Below, piece after piece: positions 34,382 through 46,930 of a DNA stretch of 64,000 bases (positions are counted from its first letter, which is position 1; each line of letters opens with the position of its first letter). The position numbers and the translations under genes were made by a program. Below the pieces are notes generated by a model. That model ran no database searches and had not been told where the DNA came from. It saw nothing but the letters and a program-made list of their open reading frames with translations. Origin of the DNA: the human T2T-CHM13v2.0 reference genome, Homo sapiens; NCBI RefSeq assembly GCF_009914755.1, contig NC_060929.1; one strand, 5' to 3'.

Positions 34382-35004
34382 ACCAGCAACAACCAGCTCA
34401 GTGGTTGGACTGAGAAGAAACTCCAAAGCACTTCCCATGGCCAAACTTGTGCCAAAAAAAAGGTCATGGTCACTGTTTGGTGGTCTGCTCTCAGTCTGAT
34501 CTACTACAGCTTTCTGAATCCTGGTGAAACCATTACATCTAAGAAGCATGCTCAGCAAATCAGTGAGATGCACCCAAAACTGCAATGCCTGCAGCCGGCA
34601 CTGATCAACAGAAAGGGCCCAATTCTTCTCGACAACAGTGCCCAACCGCATGTCATACAACCAGTGGTTCAAAAGTTGAACAAATTGTGCTATGAAGTTT
34701 TGCCTCATCCACCATATTCACCTGACCTCTCGCCAACCAACTACCACTTCTTCAAGCATCTCGACAACTTTTTGCAGGGAAAATGCTTCCACAGCTAGCA
34801 GGGTGCAGAAAATGCTTTCCAAGAGTTCATGGAATCCCAAAGCATGGATTTTTATGCTTCAGGAATAAATAAACTTATTTCTCATTGGCAAAAATATGTG
34901 GATTGTAATGGTTTCTATTTTGATTAATAAAGATGTGTGTAAGTCTAGTTATAAGTAGTTAAAATCCATGATCCAAAACCACAATTACATTTGCACCAAC
35001 CTAA
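34382..35004 (+). mobile_element. Hsmar1 mariner transposon, 3' half (catalytic-domain pseudogene plus right TIR)
   Basis: KKVMVTVWW, FLNPGETITS, NRKGPILL, LPHPPYSPDLSPTNYHFFKHLDNFL; TIR aaaaccacaattacatttgcaccaacctaa (34975-35004) followed by TA; premature stop at 34798. Confidence 0.96.
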
Positions 35005-36265
35005 TATATATGTATGATATTTGGTAAAACAAAACTATGAATGAACCTAAAACAAGACTTGGCTTATACACAGTACATTCGTAAGCAACAAGTACTTAAT
35101 AAATCTTTAGATTTTGTTATTGAAAACCCAGGCTACAGGAGAAAGTGTTTGTTTGCTTGGTTTTATTTATTACCACTTTTCAGGGGGAGTTATATGGTGT
35201 AGACTGACAAACGTGCACTTGGTCTAACAATAATTAAATACCAACTGACTGAGCAGCAAGGAATGGTTTTTTCCCATGAATAAAAGATGTTGCACCCGAA
35301 TATAGGTCCACACCCTGGCTTATTTATAGAGAGCAGCTAATGGTCAGCAACATACCTCTGGCTCTTGATTCCATGTTGAGGGTTCTAGTGAAAATTATTA
35401 ATACAATCAAGTCACGACTTTAGGCAAGAAATGGGAAGAAAGCTCAAGATTATGCTTTCCCGTTTGAAATGTTCTATTCTATGAAAGGAAGGATGCTTAC
35501 GCTGATTTTTTTTTAGGTGAAAGATGAGATAAAAACATTTCTATATGACACTGACCTTGAATGGTGTGTATCAGTGATATATGCAGCATCTTAATGGTAT
35601 AACCCATTACTTTAGGGTCAAATTTTCAGTTTTTAATGCTGTGTATAAAATAGTAGAATTTCTGTGACTCAAATGGCTCAATTTCTGAGTTTGGCTCTTT
35701 TCAGCATTTGATCATTTTCTCCACCCAGCAAAGAAAAAAAAAATCTATGAGCACATCATTGAGCATATTTTTCAAAAAACACATCCAAATTCTACCATAG
35801 AACTTGAAAAAATTCTTTACAGAGACTAATACTACCAAAGAGTGTATTCAGAATCCATTCACCACCATCTTCTAAGTCAAGTCATTTAACATTCAACTGT
35901 CCTACTTCTGAGTCTAACACACTCACTAACTCAACATATGATGGAAAACTCAAAGTAGTCTTCAGTAAGAAATTGTTCCATAATATCTCAATCTAAATAC
36001 CAAGAGCTACCTTGCTGCCATTTTCAAGGAGCTGTAATTTTGCATTAGGGTTTTTTAATTAAGTAGAAAGGAAAAGGAAAAGATAAGCCACCCAGACGTA
36101 AAATCTGGCCTAAAGCTCCAGCAATCTGATGTTTACATAAAGCTACTCTTATTCTTATTAACTTTAAAATATATATATTTTTAAAACATCATGATTTTTA
36201 AAAAATTTGTTTGACACCAGTAATCTATTCCTTAAGTGGTTTCCAGATGTCAAGGTTTTTAAAAA

Positions 36266-36313
36266 CTATGCCTTATAGAATGTTGTCTTCTGTGCCTTAT
36301 AGAATGCTGTCTT
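36266..36313. repeat. 24-bp tandem duplication
   Basis: ctatgccttatagaatgttgtctt / ctgtgccttatagaatgctgtctt. Confidence 0.9.
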
Positions 36314-38374
36314 ACTAAGGCTTATTTCTCTGCTTCGAATTACACCTTACCTATACTTTCCGTTCATAATTTCAAAATTGCTCTGTAAGCTGCTTGCTCA
36401 GCATTTCCCAAGCCCGAGTGGGAACTCTGTCTATCCCTGAGTAATCACTGCCAAGCAATAGTAATATCACTAGAATATTAAAATCGATAATCCTGAAACA
36501 TTAGGGATTTTTTTAAACTTAAAAACCATGTCTTTTCTGGTTATTTTATCTTTTCCCTTGGAAGCTAGAGTGTATTAGAAGTTCATTATCTATAGCAAAA
36601 CAGAAAATAAGGGAGAAGGATGAAATAAGAAAGAACAGAGTCCCTTGGTAATGAAGCCCATTATGAGACACCCGGAAGGGTGTGGCCGCGGCTTGCCCTT
36701 AGTGCTTGCCTACCACAGCAACTGCTCCCATGAGGATATGCAGATTCTCAGGCTCTGTGTTTGGTTTTCCATGGGCCAGTGTTTGTCTTTGATGGTAGCA
36801 AGTTTAGGAGACTCTATTAGTAACTAAGAATAACGCTTTGGTTCGTCCCCTTTCAAAAAGAGGAACGTCTGTATCCTAGCTTCCTGGGTATATTGTGAAG
36901 AAGGAAGATTCTGAGAAGAAGTGAAATAGCCAGTGGGCACTAATTGCATTTTCCTTCTGAGCCTTGCAACTTATTTCCCAAGTGAGTTAAATCACAAGCT
37001 AGAAGAATCTTAGAGCTGTGAGAGACTTGAGGATTTTCCTTTATCATACAGTTGAGGAAACTAAGGCCCACACAGGGCATGCCACTAACTCAGAGTCAAA
37101 CTAGAGTTTATTTCTGGTTCAAGTAAGGACAAGATTCACTTGCAGACCACTACATTGTCTTCACCCTCTGCTTTTGACTTCTCAGTTTCCCTATGAAGCA
37201 GAGGCATCTCACGACCTGCCCACCCCCACTCCCCAAATCTCATAATCAGCTTCATTAGAGAATTGCCCTACATTAGAGAGATACAGAACACTTAACAAGG
37301 AGTTTGTCTCTCTCTAGAGAGTTTGAAGAAAGAAAAGGAGCTTTCTATTAAGGTAATATTTTAAGTGCAGTCTTTACTGAAGGCACAGAGTAGCGGTCTT
37401 TTAAAGTCTCCTTTATGTCCTGAGATTCTTCTCTCCTGATCTGAGAAAAATAAAGCATTGAGAAGCCTCCTTGAAAGTTGACATCAAAATGAGAATTACA
37501 TCTTAGATAAGAGGCAGAACTAATCTTTGATTTAATCCTACTAAGCCATGTGCCCAGTTTCTTCGGGTTGGTTTGAGTCCAAGTAGACAGAGGTTAAACA
37601 AATTAGAATACACGTTGACAGTGGGAGCAGGGTTTTCAGAGCTATTTGAGGATTATGTCTACCTTGCCAGCCCAGGCTTGCAGCAAGTAAGTAAACTTAG
37701 ATCAACCCTAGATTAATCCATAGACAAAAGAACCTTCGGCCAAGGGACTAAGATAGGGCTGAGGGAGAGGGGGAAGAAAAATATGCTATGTCCTAATCAC
37801 CAGGATAGAACAGGCTGTTCAAGCCAATTCTGTTCTGATATATAATGAGATCAATTGCATCTGGAGCTCTATGGGCACTGGCAGCAGGCACAGGGACAGC
37901 AGGGCAGCACGGAGGAAGGATTACCTCATTGAAGAGAGCAGCCAAGGCTGCCACCTCCCTTTCTGACCCTCCTTTTCTGAGTCTGCCCTCCCTCGCCTCA
38001 GCCACCACTGAATTTCCAGTTGCCCAGTGAAGCATAGCTAGACTGCAAAGTAAATATAGCTATATATTGTACCAACAGTCTCTCTTCCCATTAGCCAACT
38101 AAGTGTCTTCCTGTTCAAATTCACCTAAAATTTTAAATGTATAGAAATTATACAGCTGCTTTCAGATGGTTCCTCCTCTTTTTTCCCAAAATATCTCTAT
38201 AGATGATATTTAGGGGAAAGTTTTAACCATCTCTCTTATTCTCCTTCAGCATGGAATGAAACCATATAAATGTGGGAAGATGGTTCGTCATTCAACCATT
38301 CCATGGCCATAGAAACTTAAGTTATTACAGCTTAAGTCTAGGTCACTAGGCTCCCAACAAAGGAAAAGCTAGAG

Positions 38375-38709
38375 CAGGGGTCCCTAACCACCATGCCACA
38401 GACAGGTACCTGTCTGTGCCTGTTAGGAACCAGGCCACAGAGCAGGAGGAGAGTGGCAGATGAGCGAGCATTACTGCCTGAGCTCCACCTCCCATCAGAT
38501 GAGCAGTGGCATTAGATTCTCATAGCAGCAGGAACCCTATTGTGACTGCACCTGTGAGGGAACTGGGTTGCCACTCTTTATGAGAATCTAATGCCTGATG
38601 ATCTGAGGTGGAACAATTTCATCTGGAAACCATCCCCCCCACCCCCATCTGTGGAAAAATTATCTTCCATGAAACCAGTCCCTGGTGCCAAAAAGGTTGG
38701 GGACCACTG
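38375..38709 (+). mobile_element. MER1B
   Basis: caggggtccc...ggggaccactg; degenerate TSD agctagag/aactggag. Confidence 0.92.
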
Positions 38710-39472
38710 AACTGGAGTGTCTTTCTTTGTTCTTGTCCTCCATTTTACTTCTTTTCTTCTTCAGACAGCATAGAAAAACAAAATGGATGATGTCTTTATG
38801 AACCACTTCAATTAGTGATCACATCAGAGTGGAACTGGTATGGATGGGGAGTCAGAGAAACAATACAGATAAGGTTTGAGTCAGATAGGGACTGGGACAA
38901 CAGAACTTGCCAATTCACTAATGTTCCTGAAAAAAAAAAAAAGAAGAAAAATATTGGTGGAGAAAAGGCTATGCTGGCTTATTTAAGAAAAAAAATGGCA
39001 TTGGAGGCCTCTTGGACTTCAGATAACTCTTACAAAATATTTTGATGGATTAAGTGCAAAAAGTGAATCAAACATATGGATTAAATTTTCATTAAAATAT
39101 AAATGGGGTATTTTGCTATTAAATTAAGTAAAATGTTTGGCAAAGTAGACTTGGTTTTGGCCAATCCCAGAACATTTGAAAAATGGTTTTGAGATATTCA
39201 GTGAACTGAACACAAAACCAGGTTTACCCAACCCTAGAGTTTGGACAAATGAAATTTGGCTCATCAAAGTTTGATTCAGTGCCAAATATATTTGTGTGGA
39301 AATAAGTTTCTGAAACACCAAAATTGCCTACGTGCCTTGGAAGTGTAGTTGAAATGCCCAATTGTTATTGAGTAACTCAGTCTGTCCAGCACCATAAAAG
39401 GCAGAATCCACTGACCTGAGATAAAGGTGAGCAGCTCCCCTCCTCCCCAACCAAGGTATTAAGAACTGAACC

Positions 39473-39804
<332 letters not shown>

Positions 39805-40514
39805 TCAACAATACTGTCTAGCCCAGAAAATTAACACAAGGCAGCAAATGAATAGGAAACACTCATTTGTGAGAAAGGTGATCAGCATAGTTGGATGGCT
39901 GACAAGGAATTTTATTATCTGCATTGTCCAGAGAATTTTAAAAAGCAAAAGACAATAAGAGTATTGATGAAAGGTGAGTAGAATGTTTGGAAATATTTTC
40001 CAGGTATTAAGAACTTCATTTTACTTATTTGAAAAAAAAAATCCAAAGAAATGCATGGAAATTGTTAGCACTCTACTGCCAGTCCATTTGAATATCTTTC
40101 CATCAACCCATGGGTTACTGGAATTTCTTTTAATCCATCTATCAGCAGCCCATCTGAACATGACTACACATGAAATTTCAAGTTTAGTAATCTTTTGTTC
40201 CTGCACATGGCCATTATGAAACTCCATTCTACCCACGGTAAAGCTTCTTTCTGCCAGTGTTTTGGGGGAATGGGATCATGAAGAGCCAAAATTTCTGGGT
40301 AACTAAACAAGTATCAAGATACCAGCATCAAACCATGAGAGGGTTATATTTAAGCCACTTTGAGTAAAAATATTTGGAAATCTTCGATCCACTTTTTTTG
40401 TATTCTTAAATAAAGGATCACATAGTATTGTAAGAATACTCCAAAGGTGGTTGAGATGGATAGAGCTATTTGCCTCCAAACTACATAATCTCAGCTTGCA
40501 ATACCGTTTGAACA

Positions 40515-40960
40515 CTTGTATTTTCTCTGTACAGCATATAAGTCAAGAAAACAGAATTACTCTAAGTATTTAAAGCAAGAAGAGATTTAAAATAGGGATT
40601 TAGAAGTTTATGCAACCATCGGAAGGGCTGGGTGGTATAAAGATCAGGGATACTGCTGCCTGCTAGCACATCATAATTCAGGAAATGCAGGCTTCATAGG
40701 AGACTTCTATCTAGGACCTTAGCTGACTGTGGTACCAGAGGAAGTGATTCTCAGGGGGGTTACCTGGAAGTCCTCGGAAAAATCATGTGCCTGAAGATGT
40801 CCATATGCCTGCCCACAGCTGCAGCTAGAAGATGATCTTTCCCTCTTTTCCACATTCCACACCTGTATGAGCATCTCTCCTTGATGAAATCAAAACTTGA
40901 ATCCTCCTAGTAAAAGAAAATGTAATTTCCACACGTCCAGTCCCTGCACACAGGAAAGAG
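40515..40960. mobile_element. Possible old MaLR/ERVL LTR fragment
   Basis: aagaaaacagaattactctaagtatttaaagcaagaagagattt resembles old MLT1 ends; weak. Confidence 0.35.
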
Positions 40961-40985
40961 TTTGGAAGGGAGAAGTGATGTTGAG

Positions 40986-41325
40986 CAGCAGTCCCCAACC
41001 TTTTTGGCACCAGGGACTGGTTTCATGGAAGACAGTTTTTCCACAGATGGGTTGCAGGGTGAGGGGATGGATTCAGGATGACACTGTTCCACCTCAGATC
41101 ATCAGGCATTATTCTCATAAGGAGCACACAACCTAGGTCCCTCGCATGCGCAGTTCACATTAGGGTTCATACTTCTGGGAGAATCTAATGCTGCTGCTGA
41201 TCTGATAGGAGGTGGAGCTCAGATGGTAATGCTCACTCGTCTGCCACTCACCTCCTGCCGTGTGGCCCCATTCCTAACAGGCCACAGACCAGTACAGGTC
41301 CACAGCCCAGGGACTGGGGACCCTG
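40986..41325 (-). mobile_element. MER1B, inverted relative to the copy at 38375
   Basis: cagcagtccccaacctttttggcaccaggg...ggggaccctg is the reverse complement of MER1B. Confidence 0.92.
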
Positions 41326-41564
41326 TTAAGTATCATCAGCAGACATTATTGACACATGAGGTTTTCCTGCTTTTTGTGTGTTGCTGAGTACTCCACCATT
41401 TATTCAGTGGATTTTCCTTACCCATTCCTCTTCATTCCTTTCCATCTTTTATTTTTGTGGCACTTGATATTGGTAACAGCCAAAAAATCTAATGCCTAAG
41501 TTATTGAGAATAAATAGTCCCAAGTGAGGACCTTGAGACCTTAAAAAATAAAAATAAAAAAAAA

Positions 41565-41780
41565 CAGTATAGTAGAGTGGTAGGTGCTGGAACAGACGTA
41601 TTAGCCCAGCTCTGCCAATTACTAGCTACATTACATTAATATTTCTGACTATAGATTTTCTCATCTGTAAAACGGAAGTAATAACAACTGCCATTCCTAC
41701 CTTTCCCAAAGATGTTGCAAGTATCAAATGACTTATACCTATGAAAGCTCTTCACAGATTGTAGAGTATTATGAAATATA
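41565..41780 (+). mobile_element. MIR SINE
   Basis: cccagctctgccaattactagct...tttctcatctgtaaaac. Confidence 0.75.
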
Positions 41781-41782
41781 AT

Positions 41783-42500
41783 TCATTCTCTCACTCACTC
41801 AACACATTTATTTAGTACCTAGTCTAATACATAGATTTGGACATTTCAAGGGTATAATATAGAGACAAACAACAGTCTCTGTGCCCTAGAAATCTACCAC
41901 TTAGTAGCAGAACAAAATACATAAATATAAAACCAAAATACAAAACAGAAAGCTAGAAGGGCAGTAAGGAAGAAACAAAGGATGACAAGTTTGCCTAGGA
42001 AGGAACTATTATTTGCATGTGAAGAAATTAGGAAGGCTTTGTGACCCAGATCGCTCTTCTACTTACCTGTTCTTCTATCTGATTCTTGAACTCCCACTCT
42101 CACATACTATACTCACAATCTTCAGTAGATGTCATTGTCTTAGTTCCATCAATCATCCATCTAATTCCTTTTTCTCCATTCCCATTGTAATTGTTTTAGC
42201 TTGGGGTCTTATCACCACTGTAATACCTTCCTCACTAATCTATCTGCCCCCCAGCCTGCCCTCACCATACTCTCCACACCACCCTACCCAATCCACAATC
42301 CCATATAAAATTAATCGGTCCTCTGCACTGCTCTCAGAATAATCTATCCAAAATTAAAATCTAGTCACATAATAATCTGCTTAAAATACCTTCAAAAACT
42401 AACCCTTACTTTTAGGATAAAGGTGGCACACAAGGCCCTCCATGGTCTGGTCTCAGTTTCCCTCTTGACTTACATGGGATGTGCCTTTGTGCATAAACTT
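41783..42500. mobile_element. L2 fragments in both orientations
   Basis: Reverse L2 tail ttcattctctcactcactcaacacatttatt; forward L2 motif ctgcttaaaataccttcaa. Confidence 0.55.
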
Positions 42501-43932
42501 CACGACACCTATCTATAATACTCAAGACAGCTTTCTCTTTTCTCCTTCCTGGTCCATGACAGTGTTAAGAGTAATATAGCCATGGTCCTTAAAGTGAAGG
42601 AATGGAATTAAGAGATTGGTGGGCTGAGGAACAAAGGAACTGGCTGAAGAGAATAAAAGAGGAAAAAGTATGACTAAAGAAAAGGGAGAAAGGTAAAAAT
42701 ATGTAGTTGGTGACATCCGCCTTACATGATACTGAATGTGGGAGTCAGGACTCAAGCTGATTGTCAGGTAAGGAAGGATTCACTGGGGAGGGGCACTCAA
42801 AACTGTGGCCAAGCAGATGAGGTTCTTCTCTATAGAAGGGTCTGAAGCCAAGAACTCTCTGAACCTTTTTACGGAGGAGGAATCAGTTTAGGGGGAGGTC
42901 TTACTGACCATAAGAAGTTCCACTATATATACTATTCTTCAAATATTTTCTAGTGGGATGCATTGCTGCAATTATGATAATGATTATCTAACATTTACAA
43001 AGCACTTTAAGGTTTCCCAAATGCTGCCACAAATATCTCATTTAAAGACCAAATTATAGGCTCTCCAAATTAAAGCAGAGTTTCCAAAGGGTGTCCAGAC
43101 TACTTGCTTAGCTAACTAAAATGGTTATCATATGCTATGTTTTTATGGAGTCTTTGAACTCTCTATTAACTCTTGGCAAAACTAATGTGTTTGAGTGTTA
43201 CCTAACATTAACATGATAACACGGTAAAGTCTAAAAAACATTTAAATGAATGAATAATCACAATCCTTTGTGCTAAGAACTCAGATTATCTCTGCAAAAA
43301 AAAAAAAAATCAGCTAGTGCAGTATAGAAGATTCAAGAGAGGAGGTAGTGTAAGAAGACACAAAGGCAGGTCTTGACTGCCAACTTGCCTCTATTTGTTC
43401 TTTTTAGCCATCAGACTGGTCTCAGTGCACTCATGTGTCTAAGGGAAAAGGTAGGAAAGAGGTGTGCAGAAGGAAAATCTCCTTTTATTTTGTAGTTAAT
43501 GGATTAATTAACCTTTTCTGAATATTTTGCTTAGAGAGTTAAAGGTCTACAGTTTAATCTTGTGGTGCTGAACTAGTGATTGGTTTATATCAAAGATATT
43601 AAAAAGTAACCTTTCCCCAAATCCTTTCTCCTTCCTGACTCTAACACCAAAGTCTTGTCACACCTACTTGGAGAAACTGACCCAGACTAAATGTGTTTTA
43701 GCTCCCAAATTGAAACTTGAAAGGATAAGACATTGTAAATATAAATAACACTTTTCAATTACTTCACAAATAATTGCTCCTTCCTTTTTCCACCCTTCTG
43801 AAGTTCTCTTCTGTAATAACTAGATCAATGTATCCCTAAGCTTCTGAAGTTTCTGGCAGGACTCATAAGACTTGATGCAATTCTGATTACAGGACTAATA
43901 CCCTGCTGGGGCAAACTGAAAGCCAGAGGCAC

Positions 43933-44910
43933 TTTCTTTTTTTTTATTTTATTTTATTATTATTATACTTTAAGTTTTAGGGTACTTGTGCACAATGTGC
44001 AGGTTAGTTACATATGTATACATGTGCCATGCTGGTGTGCTGCACCCATTAACTCATCATTTAGCATTAGGTATATCTCCTAAAGCTATCCCTCCCCCTT
44101 CCCCCCACCCCACAACAGTCCCCAGAGTGTGATGTTCCCCTTTCTGTGTCCATGTGTTCTCATTGATCCATTCCCACCTATGAGTGAGAATATGCGGTGT
44201 TTGGTTTTTTGTTCTTGCAATATTGATGATGATGACTGAGAATGATGTTTTCCAATTTCATCCATGTCCCTACAAAGGACATGAACTCATCTTTTTTATG
44301 GCTGCATAGTATTCCATGGTGTATATGTGCCACATTTTCTTAATCCAGTCTATCACTGATGGACATTTGGGTTGGTTCCAAGTCTTTGCTATTGTGAATA
44401 GTGCCGCAATAAATATACGTGTGCACGTGTCTTTATAGCAGCATGATTTATAGTCCTTTGGGTATATACCCAGTAATGGGATGGCTGGGTCAAATGGTAT
44501 TTCTAGTTCTAGATCCCTGAGGAATCGCCACACTGACTTCCACGTGGTTGAACTAGTTTACAGTCCCACCAACTGTGTAAAAGTGTTCCTATTTCTCCAC
44601 ATCCTCTCCAGCACCTGTTGTTTCCTGACTTTTTAATGATTGCCATTCTAACTGGTGTGAGATGGTATCTCATTGTGGTTTTGATTTGCATTTCTCTGAT
44701 GGCCAGTGATGGTGAGCATTTTTTCATGTGTTTTTTGGCTGCATAAATGTCTTCTTTTGAGAAGTGTCTGTTCATGTCCTTCGCCCACTTTTTGATGGGG
44801 TTGTTTGTTTTTCTCCTGTAAATTTGTTTGAGTTCATTGTAGATTCTGGATATTAGCCCTTTGTCAGATGAGTAGGTTGCGAAATTTTCTCCCATTTTGT
44901 AGGTTGCCTG
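43933..44910 (-). mobile_element. Young 5'-truncated L1PA (L1PA2/3-like) 3' end
   Basis: Low divergence from the L1PA 3' UTR and ORF2 C-terminus ([36 protein letters not shown]); T-rich tail. Confidence 0.95.
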
Positions 44911-45184
44911 CATTTAGGACATCTGGTCACCTAGTCTTATGACTTTTTCATAAGCACATTGTAGTCCCCAAATTTCACATTCTTTTGGAGAACGATGAGG
45001 ATTTCTTCATTTATATTATACCCTTATAGACAAGGAGAAAATATTTCATGGCTTCAGGCTTCTCCATGGAAAACTGGGACTGTTACAGTGGCCTTAACTT
45101 AGCAATCTTTCACACTAGTGATGGCTCTCTAATTAGGAAAAAGATACAAAATAACATTTGTGAAGTGCTCCACAGATAATTTTT

Positions 45185-46777
45185 ATAATTTTTTTTCCCT
45201 GTGGTTGCTGTAACAAGTTACCACAAAGTTGGTGGCTTAAAACAACATACATTTACTGTCTTACAGTTCTGGAGCACAGAAGTCTGGGGAAAAATTAAAC
45301 TATCAGCAAGGCTGTACTCCCTCTGGAACCCTATAGGAGAATCTATCTCCTTGACATCTCTACCTTTTACACCTGTATTTCTTGCACACCTTGGTTCATG
45401 GCCCCTTTTTCCAACTTCAAAGCCAGCCATGTGGCCTCTTGCGTCAGTGGTCACATTGCCTTCTTCTGTGTCAAAGTGCTTTCTGCCTCCCTCCTATAGG
45501 GACAACTGTGACTGTATTGGGTCCACCCAGATAATCCCAGATAGTCTCACTATTTAAAGACCCTTCACTTAATCAGAGCTGCAGAGTCTATTTGGCCATC
45601 TAAGTGTTGCAGGAAGTCAGGGACCCCAAATGGAGGGACCGGCTGAAGCCATGGCAGAAGAACGTGGATTGTGAAGATTTCATGGACATTTATTAGTTCC
45701 CCAAATTAATACTTTTATAATTTCTTATGCCTGTCTTTGCTGCAATCTCTAAACATAAATTGTAAATATTCCATGGACACTTATCACTTTCCCAATCAAT
45801 ACCGTTGTGATTTCCTATGCCTGTCTTTACTGTAATCTCTCAATCCTGTCAGCTGAGGAGGATGTATGTCACCTCAGGACCATGTGATAATTGCATTAAC
45901 TGCACAAATTGTAGAGCATGTGTGTTTAAACAATATGAAATCTGGGCACCTTGAAAAAAGAACAAGATAACAGCAATTGTTCAGGGAATAAGAGAGATAA
46001 CCTTAAACTCTGACCGCCAGTGAGCCGGGTGGAACAAAGTCATATTTCTCTTCTTTCAAAAGCAAATGGGAGAAATATCCTGAATTCTTTTTTTCAGCAA
46101 GGAACATCCCTGAGAAAGAGAATGCATGCCTGGGGGTGGGGCTCTGAACTGGCCCCCCCTGGGCGTGGCCATCTCTTATGGTCGAGCCTGTAGGGATGAA
46201 ATAGACCCCAGTCTCCCATAGCACTCCCAGGCTTATTAGGAAGAGGAAATTCCCGCCTAATAAATTTTGGTCAGACCAGTTGCTCTCAAAACCCTGTCTC
46301 CTGATAAGATGTTATCAATGACAATGGTGCCCGAAACTTCATTAGCAATTTTAATTTTGCCCCAGTCCTGTGGTCCTGTGATCTCGCCCTGCCCCCATTT
46401 GCCTTGTGATATTCTATTACCTTGTAAAGTACTTCATGTCTGTGACCCACACCTATTCGCACACTCCCTCTCCTTTTGAAACTCCCTAATAAAAACTTGC
46501 TGGTTTTTGCAGCTTGTGGGTCATCACAGAACCTACCGACATGTGATGTCTCCCCCAGACACCCAGCTTTAAAATTTCTCTCTTTTGCACTCTGTCCCTT
46601 TATTTCTCAAGCTGGCCAATGCTTAAGGAAAATAGAAAAGAACCTACGTGATTATATTTAAATATCCTTCACTTAATCAGAGCTGCAGAGTCTCTTTGGC
46701 CATCTAAGGGAACATCCACAGTTCCCAGGAATTAGAACCTGGATAACTTTTGGGGGGCCATTATTCTGCCTACCACA
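45185..46777 (-). mobile_element. MLT1C/D-like MaLR LTR interrupted by MER11
   Basis: gctgtaacaagttaccacaaagttggtggcttaaaacaac start; ggggggccattattctgcctaccaca end. Confidence 0.85.
45605..46654 (+). mobile_element. MER11C-like ERVK (HML-8/HERV-K11) solo LTR, 3' terminus clipped
   Basis: tgttgcaggaagtcagggacccc...gcagaagaacgtggattgtgaag start; about 1.05 kb; AATAAA at 46488; ends at aacctacgtgatta. Confidence 0.9.
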
Positions 46778-46814
46778 CTTTTGCTTTTAATTTTCACACC
46801 ACCACCACCATCAT

Positions 46815-46930
46815 CACGCAGACATTGTTACCTCCATTTTACAGATGAAGTTACCGAGGCAAAGACAGATTACAAAATGTATTATTTTAGGAAATAAGTG
46901 GCAGAGCCAAAGATCAAACCCAGTTTTTCT
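46815..46930 (-). mobile_element. MIR fragment
   Basis: ccattttacagatgaag...aagtggcagagcc; another MIR fragment at about 47270-47460. Confidence 0.7.

Noticed and set aside
34349-34798. 149-aa ORF as SETMAR or an active transposase
   Set aside because: No SET-domain exons, DNA-binding half missing, frameshift near the start, premature stop; ordinary Hsmar1 relic
39110-39330. Possible ancient hAT/Tip100-type remnant (also 62430-62520)
   Set aside because: Only a vague resemblance; I cannot define TIRs, TSD or family
42061-42069. Perfect - strand donor CAG|GTAAGT
   Set aside because: No convincing paired acceptor; adjacent to L2 debris and expected by chance in 64 kb
44088-44112. G-quadruplex motif on the - strand
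   Set aside because: Standard L1PA 3' UTR G-tract
45668-45840. Internal direct repeat in the LTR
   Set aside because: Recalled as part of the MER11 consensus, not locus-specific
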